The position numbers were made by a program, and so were the translations under genes. Of a stretch of DNA of 64,000 bases, positions 48,781 to 58,672 are shown piece by piece (positions within the stretch are counted from its first letter, which is position 1; every line of letters starts with the position of its first letter). The DNA lies in the NCBI RefSeq assembly GCF_000143415.4, contig NW_003314265.1:3592443-3656442 (forward strand), in the 5' to 3' direction. The DNA is from Selaginella moellendorffii (taxonomy: Eukaryota; Plantae; Lycopodiophyta). A model generated the notes under the pieces. It did not search any database. It was not told the origin of the DNA and saw only the letters and a program-made list of their open reading frames with translations.

Positions 48781-49908
48781 TTACACACAGCATTTTCGAC
48801 CGCAAGGGCTGTGCTTGTGACCCCCGAGAGCCTTTCCAGTCGCAAAAACCCGGTGGCAGTTCAGGCACTTAAAACCTCCAGTCAACCCCTTGTCAACGCA
48901 CACCACCTCGTCCTCCTCGTTAACGCGGTCAGCAATAATGTCAACGGGCACGTTGACCACTCCTGGATCGCCGCTGCTGGGGGGCAAGGCGTCCTCGATC
49001 TTGGTGCTGATGATCTTGCTCTTGCGCGACATCTTCCTCACGCAGTGGTGGGCGGCCAGCGCCGTGCTCGATTCAAACGCGAGCTTACACCGGGAGCACT
49101 CGACAACCGCCGCTCCCCCAGTCGATTCTCCAAGACGGCAACCATCCCCTTTACGAGATCCCTCCGCCACAGTGGCGGCGCCGCCGCCGCCAGTCGGATC
49201 AAGGGCCCGGGAGGAGCACTTGATCCTAATCTTCAATGGCTGCCACTGCGGTAATGGATCGTCATGGATTACAACCTTGGAAGAATTCTCCTCCCCCTCT
49301 TCCTCCATGGCCACCTCCTCGACCATCAAAGCTCCCATCTTTTTCTTCTTTTCCTCCTCCTCCCTGGCCCAGTGCCGGAGATAGACTTGCTCCAGGCTCG
49401 TGTCGCTCTCGTAGTCGGGCTCCTCGATCACCTCCTTGATTTTGATCTTCGCGGGGCTGGGCGGAGCGATTGCGGCGGCGGCCCTCGCGATCCGCGACTC
49501 CGGATGGCATCGCATGTGTCCCGACAGGCCTTTGATCGATACGAACTCCTTGCCACACTCCGGGCATGCGTGATCCTTGCCCTTGCTGCTCAGCTTCTTC
49601 TTCTTGATCTGCTCCTCCGCAAACTTGAGGTTCTTCTTAGGATTTGCCCTCAGCGCATACAACCCATTGCATCCCCCGGCCTGCTGGACGTCATCGCCGG
49701 AGCTCCGATCGTCATCCTCGCTGTGATCGAGGTCTTGGAACAAGCTCTCCTCGACCAGGCAGTGCCGGAGCTGGGGATAGGCCTTCTTCCGCTTGGTGCT
49801 CCTCACCAGATCCTTTTCATGACGATCCTCACCCACCTTTCCATTCTGCTGCTGCTGCCGCTCATACTCATGCTCATGCTCCACGATCTTCCTCTTCGCC
49901 GATCTCAT
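48781..49908 (-). CDS. C2H2 zinc-finger transcription factor (DAZ1/ZAT-like), intronless
   Basis: YALRANPKK motif; finger CPECGKEF....LSGHMRCHPE; degenerate finger CSRC...LAAH; finger CLNCHRVFATGKALGGH. Confidence 0.85.
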   Translation of the reverse strand: MRSAKRKIVEHEHEYERQQQQNGKVGEDRHEKDLVRSTKRKKAYPQLRHCLVEESLFQDLDHSEDDDRSSGDDVQQAGGCNGLYALRANPKKNLKFAEEQIKKKKLSSKGKDHACPECGKEFVSIKGLSGHMRCHPESRIARAAAAIAPPSPAKIKIKEVIEEPDYESDTSLEQVYLRHWAREEEEKKKKMGALMVEEVAMEEEGEENSSKVVIHDDPLPQWQPLKIRIKCSSRALDPTGGGGAATVAEGSRKGDGCRLGESTGGAAVVECSRCKLAFESSTALAAHHCVRKMSRKSKIISTKIEDALPPSSGDPGVVNVPVDIIADRVNEEDEVVCVDKGLTGGFKCLNCHRVFATGKALGGHKHSPCGRKCCV

Positions 49909-50014
49909 GATCGATCGCGCAAGACCGAAAACCCTTTCCTCTTACAACGAATTAGGGCACACTTCCTTATGTTCCCGCCACAGCCAACTTGAATGAAAAG
50001 GTACTTCTATCACA

Positions 50015-50016
<2 letters not shown>

Positions 50017-50050
<34 letters not shown>
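50017..50050. repeat. (CT)n microsatellite between the zinc-finger gene and RKD
   Basis: Perfect CT run. Confidence 0.95.
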
Positions 50051-50053
<3 letters not shown>

Positions 50054-50230
50054 TGGTTAAAAATTAGAGGCGAACAAAAATTCTTCTCTATGATCGACTG
50101 CGTGGTTTGATCTCTCTTCCTTGCGAAATTCCAAAGCTTTGCTGCTGTTAGCTTGAAGGGGAGGAAAAAACAAGACAAAAAATGGTCACAAAATGGTCAC
50201 CTTTGGACTAAAGGGAGCCCCTGAATTTTT

Positions 50231-52032
50231 TCACTGCTGCTGCTCTTGCTGCTCGGTGGATCCATCGTTGTGGGAAGAATCAGAGTTTCCACCGCCGCTG
50301 CCACCGTTTCTACAGGGAGCTACCGCTCGCCGCCGCTGCTTGTAGCTGGCTTTGAAGATTGCCTGGCGGAACCGCTTGGTCCGATCGTCCAGCTCCATCC
50401 CCGGGCTCTCCTCCATCTTCTTCTTCTGCTTCTCCAGCTCGTGAACTGCGTGGATCACCGGGTTTGGAGCGTTTCCATCCGAATCCTTGGCTAACTCCTG
50501 GCAAGTAAAGCCAGAAGTTCACGGAAGAACTTTCGACCAAGAACAAGGAAAGAACACTAACCTGGCTCTTGTGTATCAAGCTCTCGAGGCTCTTGAGCTT
50601 GCGGTGAGGCCACCGGGGGATCCCAAACTCGCGGCACCGCTTCTTGAGCACGGTGAGGCCGACTTTGAGCTCCTTGGACGCCTGAGTGATCGGCATGGTG
50701 AAGTAGCGGGAGAGATCTTCGAGGCTTATGTCCATCATCCTCTCGGTTGGGCCGCGAAAGCCACTGCACGTCACCTTGTTGCTCACATCAACCAGGTCGT
50801 TTGCTCCGTCGCAAACGGTGACTATAGCACCTGGATTGGCGTTACCATCGCCACCGTCGCCACCACCCTCGTTTCGGTTGAATCCAATCGAGCCTCCCGA
50901 GGGACTCCCGACGCTCTCGTCACCGCAGTTGGATCTTTGCTGCTGCTGCTGCTGGGGCTGTTGTTCTTGCTGGCGGTGATGGTGGTGGTGGTGGTGGTGG
51001 TGGTGGTGAGGGTGACTGTGACTGTGACTGTGATGGTTATGGTGGTGGTGGTGGTGATGGTTGGCGTCAGAGTCGGCGCCGGAGATGCTAGCCCGGTTGA
51101 ACAAGCTGCTCACGCTTGACGAGGACGAGACGTCCAGGTGGTGATCGGATAAGTTATTTGCCTGAAAAGAGGACTGCTGCTGCTGCTGCTGCTCTGGTAG
51201 GTGATATTGTTGTTGATGATCTTGGTGATGGTCATGTTGTTCTTGATGGTGGTGATGTTGGTGATGAAGATTTTGTTGTTGCTGCCTAGGGACTAAGTTT
51301 TGCTGCTGCGAGCTATGGTGGCTTAAGTTCCTGATTGACACCGCACTTGACGTGGGACTTGGAATGGTCTCTAGACCTACAAAAGAAGATGGACCACATT
51401 GGAAATCTACAAGTCGATCGAGGAAATACAAGGTCACAAACACAAAACAACATGCACCAAAACGAGTGTTTTTCACAAGTTCCATGAAATCGGTCCACAG
51501 GCAACGCTTGGAAAACAAAAGAGAAACCCAAAGATCTTAAGCTCTAGAACCAATTGACAAACTAATTGTTTTCCAAGTTCCATGACGACTCTTGCAAGTT
51601 CGAGACAAACAAACGAGATCAAAAGAGAGAGAAATCGCACACGCACGCAACGCAAACTTAACGAGCAAAACGAAGAAAAAACAAGAAGAATTCGAACAGA
51701 GACTCGACAAGAATTCTTTGCGTACCTTGAGCGGCAGGAGCGGCACAACAATGCGGCTGATCCTTACTAGACGTCCACGACGAGTCCATGATACACGAGT
51801 CGAATCCACCGGGGCTGGCCAGCTCCAAATCGGATCCCCACACCGCGGCATCGAGCAAGAAGTAGGGACTGGATGCGAGCTCCAAATCCCCACCCCACCG
51901 ATTAAAGTGCTGCTGCTGCTGCTGGATCATCTGGACGTCCGGCAATTGGAATCCTGCTCCGCCACCCCCGGCGGCGCCGCCAGCTCCACCACCACCACCA
52001 CCACCACCCCCTCCTCCCTCGCAGTTCCACAT
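50231..52032 (-). CDS. RKD: RWP-RK domain transcription factor, RKD type; start and middle exons approximate
   Basis: ISLEDLSRYFTMPITQASKELKVGLTVLKKRCREFGIPRWPHRKLKSL, then |...PGMELDDRTKRFRQAIFKASYKQRR (RKD C-terminal motif); no PB1 domain; His/Gln homopolymers upstream. Confidence 0.92.
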
Positions 52033-53972
52033 CTGGGCGGTGAAGATAGAAAAGAATTCTTCCACGTCGCAATGGAGAATGCGGGGGAAAGAGCGAGAGC
52101 GAGAGAGAGAGAGAGAGAGAGCAAGAGAAGATAAGGACGGTCGTTCGCTTTGCTCGCTTGCTTCTAGCGATGGTCTGAGAGCGATGGCGAGAGCGATAGA
52201 GCCAAGAGCTGTGAGGGAGGAGGACGAAAACGATGGGCTGCGAGGGATTGGAAGCGACCCATCAAGGATCAGGGGGATGGATCAAGAAAACCATCACTTG
52301 GGTACGGAGCTCTGGGCGAATGTGATAAGCGACCACTGTGCTCGAATTCCTCGGACGAGAGAAAAGAGAAGCCAGCACAGTGATCTCTCGCTCGAAGAAG
52401 GAAGAATCATTCCCGTCTCTCTCCCTCCCTCTCTCTCGCTTCTCTCACTCTCACCGATCTCGAGCTCTCGCTTGCTGGCGATCGAAGCGCGGCATCACAG
52501 TGGCGCGCCGCGGAGCTCCCAGAGTGTTGGGAAGGAGCCCGAGAAAGAATAGGGAGGTGGCGGCGCCCTTCCCGGGCGAGGGGCCAGGGAAGAATTTCCC
52601 CAAGCGTCGATGGGGACAAAAGGGGACAACCAACAGCGGCCCAAAGATGGGTAGCGATCGAATCGTGGCCTCGCTGCTTCGCTGCCTCGCCACTGACCTA
52701 AACGGAATGCCCGCTGCCGCCGCGATCATCACTCCAGCCATCCATTGTCGCGCCCCGGGGGTCAATCGCGCCCTTCCAGCTCCTCGCCGCCGCCGCCGCC
52801 GCCAAAGAGGTGGTGTTGTCGCATTGCTCCCCAGGATAAGTACTACGTCGATCCTCGCCTGCCCGGCGACGCGGTGGATCGATGGTAGCTCCCCTTTACA
52901 CACGGGCGGATGGATCAGCAGTCCAACGTTTGGATGTCGCGAGAATGGGAGCAGGGTAGAAGAAGAGAGGGACTTTAAAGTGGAGACACACACAACAACA
53001 CACACAAACACAACGCACACACACACACACGCGCGCATGAATGGTGGGGATGCCCATGAGTACGGCAGATCTGGAATATGCCGTGGGCACCCCCGTACGG
53101 CACGCACGTTTCGTACGGAATGGCATATTCGCGTACGGCTGCCGCTGGAGTTTGGTTGGAACCTGCTCCTCGCGGTCGGAGCTTGGACGAACAGGGCATG
53201 TGTTTGCCCACCTCTCTCTCTCCCTCTCTCTCGCTCTCTCTCGGATAGATCGATCGCAGCTAACTTGGCGGAATGCTCGTATTCTTTGTGTTTTTCTTGT
53301 TGGCCATGAATGAATGTATCAATTGGGTTTCGTCGTGTCGATCCATCAGGAAGACCGTGCTTGTGTGTGGTGTACTGTGGATTCGAGAGGAAATATACAT
53401 ATCGAAAGGACGATCATCACTGAGGTTTCCAGTCCGTACGCCACTCACTTGGATCCCATAGAATAGTGGCATTGGCTTGGGACACTGATTATATTGGAGG
53501 ACAGGGCCAGCTTTTTCCGCTCAATAAGAAACTCAATCGACACTATTTTTCTAAGAGTTGTTAAGTGCTTCCTAGGCGCTACTTGTAGATTGATCATGGC
53601 ATGCTGCCCGGAAAATTTTCGTTCCCGGGCTGGGCAGTCAATCTCTGCAAAGTGACAACTTTAGGCCAGAAAACAAACATCTTTTCGAGGAATGAAGATT
53701 CCAATGCGGCAATGCCCCATGGAGAAAATGTATTTCCCAAAGGGGCCCGAAGTGAAAGCCTACAGTGACGAATCTTAGGCGAATAAACAAATGCCCGCTT
53801 TGTCATTGTCCAAAACACCAACATCGCCACCAAAGCCAATTGTCTTGTGGCTGTTGCTTTGACAAAAACTTTTGGTGTTGATCCACTTAGCTGTTGATCT
53901 TTAACCGAAGACGCAAAACTTATGACTTACATGTCAAGCAACGCTTGTAATGTGATGAAATCGAAGAAGAAA

Positions 53973-54046
53973 CACTCCCGGTGGGACTCGAACCCACAAT
54001 CCCTTGATTAGAAGTCAAGTGCCTTGTCCAATTTGGCCACGAGAGC
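53973..54046 (-). tRNA. tRNA-Arg(UCU)
   Basis: GCTCTCG-TGGCCAAATTGGACAAGGCA-CTTGA-CT[TCT]AA-TCAAG-GGATT-GTGGG-TTCGAGT-CCCAC-CGGGAGT-G folds as a cloverleaf with A and B boxes. Confidence 0.95.
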
Positions 54047-54155
54047 AAGTGCTATAGTCGTGGCTGCTAGCTTCGTTGAATCGATTCTTTGATTATTGTT
54101 AAGATGAACGTAACGAAGTTGGTTTGCGACAACGAGTATTCTTTAGTTTTCAATT

Positions 54156-54592
54156 TCATCTACTCGAAGAGGTTCTTGAGGGATTCAATGCGCGGGTGAT
54201 GGCTTCCTTGTTGACAGCAGCCTCTTTGGATGGATCGGCTTCATCTCGTACGTCCATTCGACCAGCGTCTGCGCATCCCCGCCGTCCCCTTGGCTGGAGA
54301 GCGCCAACATAGCTGCGCCAGAGCTTGTTAGCATCCACGCGATTCTTCCTCGAACTCCAACAGCCTCTCACTAGCATAGACGATCTTGCTCCCATCCGGC
54401 TGCTCAACCGTGAAGCGCCTCACGCAGCCTGGAAATTGGCGATTCCCCGTGCGTGACCGTCATCTCCAGGCCGGGGAAAGAGAGCGCTGGCCCCGCCCAG
54501 TCTAGAATTCCAGCAAAATCACGCGTGGCATTCCATACCTTGTCGATTGGAGCTCGGATCGCTGCAGAAGCTCCTCCTCGCCAGATCTCCAT
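54156..54592 (-). pseudogene. Frameshifted, deleted duplicate of the SRPBCC gene at 55130-55606
   Basis: MEIWRGGASAAIRAPIDKVWNATRDFAGILDW..., frameshift near 54434, several deletions, C-terminal DEADPSKEAAVNKEA retained; upstream region also duplicated. Confidence 0.85.
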
Positions 54593-54906
54593 CGTGGGAA
54601 AACACTCCTCCCGTGCGCCAAGTTTTGTTCTCGCGGCAATTTGTCCTTTCCTGGGCTCCTCGATTACACTAGATTTTGGCGCGAAAGGTTTTTTTAAATT
54701 TGCCATAGCCCTAAAAAATTTAAGTAACCCTAGTTCTGGTTCGCCATCTCACTAAACGAGCTTAGCCAATCCTCGCTAAGCTTGTCCATTTCTTCTCTCG
54801 ATATTTCGGAGATTCCTCTCTTTATATTTCGGGAGAAATCCCTGCCCCACCTTGGTCTCTGAATCTCGGGTTCGATCCTTCTTTATAGATAAAATAAAGT
54901 AAGGAA

Positions 54907-55192
54907 TATTCATGTCTAGATGGGAAGAAAAGGCCTAATTTCACCCAGCCACTTACTTTTTGGGACAAATAAAGTATCTGCCAGTCTTACTCGAGGATCT
55001 TCTTGAGGGATTCGATGCAGGGGTGGTATAATCCCATAGCTTCCTTGTTTATTCATGTCTAGATGGGAAGAAAAGGCCTAATTTCACCCAACCACTTATT
55101 CTTTGGGACAAATAAAGTATCTGCCAGTCTTACTCGAGGATCTTCTTGAGGGATTCGATGCAGGGGTGGTATAATCCCATAGCTTCCTTGTT
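54907..55192. repeat. Near-perfect 143-bp tandem duplication of the SRPBCC gene 3' end and 3' UTR
   Basis: 54907-55049 matches 55050-55192 with a few mismatches. Confidence 0.93.
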
Positions 55193-55606
55193 GACAGCAC
55201 CTTCTTTGGATGGATCGGCTTCATCTGCCGGGATCTCGTACGTCCATTCCAGCAGCGTCGCTGCATCCCCGCCGTCCCCCTGCCTGGACAGTGCGAAGGT
55301 CGCGACATAGCCGTCCAAAACCTTGTGATCATCCACGCGATACTTGAACCTGTGCTGCTCCTCGTCGAATTCCAGCAGCGTCTCGCGAGCCAAGACGATC
55401 TTGCCCCCATCCGGCTGCGGGACCGTGAAGCACCTCACGCAGCCTGGAATTGGCGGTTCGCCGCTCGTGATCGTCATCTCCAGGCCCGGGACCGAGAGCG
55501 CTAGCCCCGTCCAATCTAGAATTCCAGCAAAGTCACGGGTAGCTTCCCATACCTTGTCGATTGGAGCTCGGATCACTGCCGACGTTCCTCCTCGCCAGAC
55601 CGCCAT
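55130..55606 (-). CDS. SRPBCC/Bet v1 polyketide-cyclase-2 family protein (lachrymatory-factor-synthase-like)
   Basis: W.G..SAVIRAPIDKVW...DF...W.....GEP..PGCVR...ARETLLEFD....F.Y.V....GYVATF...LEWTY. Confidence 0.85.
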   Translation of the reverse strand: MAVWRGGTSAVIRAPIDKVWEATRDFAGILDWTGLALSVPGLEMTITSGEPPIPGCVRCFTVPQPDGGKIVLARETLLEFDEEQHRFKYRVDDHKVLDGYVATFALSRQGDGGDAATLLEWTYEIPADEADPSKEGAVNKEAMGLYHPCIESLKKILE

Positions 55607-55772
55607 GGTCGCAAGAACACAGCCGTCTGCGCTAAAGTTCTACTCGCGGCAGAATTGTCGTTTCCGGGGCTCCTCGATTCCTTCTCGCAAAATGTTAAAA
55701 TAGAGTGGCGCGAAAAACCCCTAGTTCTAGGGCTGACGTCAGTACCATCTCAGGTAGAAAGCCCTAGTAGCG

Positions 55773-57506
55773 ATGGCGACGACGGTGGGGCTTGTGGCGG
55801 CGGCTCTCATCGCCGGGGGAGGATCCGGAGCCAAGATCTTCACGAAATCCAGCGCCAGGTAAGTGGTTTCCTTCACGCTCTAGGATCTGAATGGAGCGCG
55901 TGGTAGCAGGCTAAGATCTTTGCGGCTCGACCAGCAGCTATGGTGGTGTCTGGCTGTGATCTCGGTCGTTGCGATTCTGGGCCAGGAGGTGGCGCGGACA
56001 TCCGCGTTTTCTCCAGTCCCTGGCAGTGGGGCGACCGATTTCGATGGCTTTGGAGACGAGCTGGATGAGGAATTTGATGGAGAAGCGCCGATTGTGGTGC
56101 CTCCACACGCCGTAAGACGTCCCGGCTTCGAGACCGACCGCGGGCCTCCGGCAGCTCATCATCCGTTCGAGAAGCCGGAAGTGGACCGTGAGGAAAGAAT
56201 CCAAGAGCCTGTTGCGAGCGTGGAAAAGCCTCGGAGGCAGCAGGAGCAGTGGGACGAGGATGAGTTCGAGGGCTTGCCGAGTGAAGATCCGGAGCCGGAA
56301 GAAGCTGCTCCTGCAAAGACTTCGCCAAGCCCGAGTAGCAATCGCCGAGCTCCCAGCGGTCCTCAAAACTACTACATGGAGGCCTTCTCGGTGGTGTTCT
56401 TGGTGGCTTACGCGGCGAAGTACTTTTTTGGAAGGAAGGAAAACGAGAAGATTGCCTTGGCCTGGGCTGGCGAGTACGCAGGCAAAGGCAGCATCTTCGA
56501 GAAGAACTTTAGCTTGTTGGGGATCGGAGAGGCGGAGGATGCGGCGCTACTCATGAAGGAAGGGCAGAACGTTTTCAAGTTCTACGCTTCTGGGAGGAGG
56601 TACTGCCAGGGAATGCTCGCGACGATGGAGCTTAAGAACAGGCAAGACTTAATCTCTTGCCTCTGGTACTACGTGATGCCGGCGAAAGACGAGATTACCA
56701 TCCAGGTCTTCATGAACGACGAGAGCATGGACAACGTTGTCGCGGCAGTGGCACGTCGAAAGAATGCCAAGGCGATGAGCAAAGACGTACGAGATTTGCA
56801 GCAGTTTGCGACCATCTTGACGCCGTCCTCGCGAGGTAAATCCTTGTCTGAGGATCTCGCAGTCATTGCAGAGTCGCGGGAAGTCTCGAACGATTTGCTC
56901 ACCGACGCGGTTTTGGATATGGTACGTAACCATCTATCATGGTTTTTCTTTTTCTTTCTATAGATTTCGATTATTCGAGATGACAGAGTATGAATTTGGC
57001 AGGCCCTTGGAGAGAAGACGTTCAAAGAACACGGAGCCAACTTTGTTTCTCTTCACTTGTCGGATGTGTATCCCCTCGGTGTGCACAGGAAGCTCCTCCA
57101 GTTCAAGTTTTATCTCCCGCCTGCAAACCGCATGGGAGAGATTTCTCGACTGATCCAGATGGTTCCTCATTTCATCGATGCAGTTGGCCGCTACAAACTT
57201 AGTCCACAGGTGGTAGTTTCTTTCGAAGTTTCCTGCTAAACGTTTCAATTTCTCGCTTTGTTTAATTCCCTGCAGGCTCGGGCGAAAGTCGACCCGGCAA
57301 GGCAAAAGTCGCAGCAGGAAGCGTTGAAGCAGGCCCAAAACGCTCGCCACGAAGCCATGACTCGCAAGCGAGAGGAGAAACGAAGGGCCGCCGAGGAGCT
57401 CGAGTCGCGCTTGAGCCCCGAGGCCCTCCGCAGGAAGGAAGAGAAGGAGCGCGCGAAGCAGCTCAAAAAATCCATGCCAAAGATGAGGATGACCCGAGCT
57501 CACTGA
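55773..57506 (+). CDS. CCDC47: CCDC47 / PAT complex subunit (DUF1682), multi-exon
   Basis: WDEDEFEGLP, TM segment, GRKENEKIALAWA, FEKNFSLLG, FKFYASGRRYC.GM..TMELK.RQDL, coiled-coil end KKSMPKMRM. A 51-bp intron 55859-55909 joins ATG 55773 in frame. Confidence 0.9.
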
Positions 57507-58672
57507 TCTCGATCAAACGCGATTAAAGTTGAACCAACGAAGTTTCCTGGTGTGTCAAAAGGTACCATACTCTTGTATTTTTCATTGGCAAAGCATACGT
57601 TTTCTACGCCATGTGGATCATGACTCTTTTTAACTTTGGATCCAGATTCAGTCGGATTTGCGCACTGAGGTATCAAAAGCCGCGCGACCTTTCTTTTTTT
57701 CTCTTTCTTTATTTTCCGCCCGTGATGCTTCAAATGTGGAGTGCTCCAAAAAATCAAAGGTCAAACCCATGGTGCTGCTTGTTTGATAAGATTGGCGATC
57801 GATGATGCGACGATAACAACAATCCATTTTGATTCTCAACTCTCGCCGCGCGAATGGCTCAAACTTGGATCTCAATAGATGCGTTACACGTGGAAGTGAT
57901 CCGGCCGGTCGTCCCCGGCGGCTGGGATGCGTCGTTTTTTATCCGCTTTCTATTTCGGTGGGGCAACGGCTGGATCACAGACACGTGTGTATCCACGTGG
58001 ACGGCATGAATCTGTCACTACGCTTGCTAGCGGCGTCAGTCAAGTGCCTGCGCGGCGCGCTGACGCCGGCAATCAGGCAGCCTGACACAAGCGGAATATT
58101 TCAGGTCTGTGTAGCTTTGGAATCCCATCCACGAACCTTGCGTCCGGGCCTAGCTCTTTGTACCGGACCTTATTGCCGAACCTTTCACTCATGCCTCAAT
58201 TATTTGCACCGAACCTTGCCGCAGCCGCCGCTCAAACACCGTATCTGCCCGCCTCCGAGCCTGAGCCGAACCTAGCTACCGCGCCGTTGTACCGCCCGGT
58301 TCACGGAGTGGACACAAGTTACCGCTTGGGTAATTGCGCGGTTAGACGCGTAGTTAGCTAGCGAGATTGGGGGCCTTCATATGAAAGGGGGCGGGGGAAG
58401 GCTTGCTCTCTCAGTGTGTTCTTGAGCTGGGGAATGATCGAAGCTAGGGGTGTTTTTTAATCCTCCGGAGGAGCTGCCTCTTGGCACTCCTATCTTTTTT
58501 CGCCGCTAGCTTTTGCCATTGGATCTTCCTTCCGCATCGGCGGCATTGCGCAATTCGAGGAATCTTTGCCCGTAATATCTCGTTCTTGCCATCGATCCGA
58601 TCGATCCATGCAAGGATTTCACGATAATCTTTGATCTTGATGCAGGAATCGCCAGAAATCTCAGCGGAGGAG

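Noticed and set aside
52338-53309. 323-aa plus and 218-aa minus ORFs upstream of RKD
   Set aside because: Non-ATG starts, run through CA/CT microsatellites, no domain; more likely GC-rich regulatory DNA.
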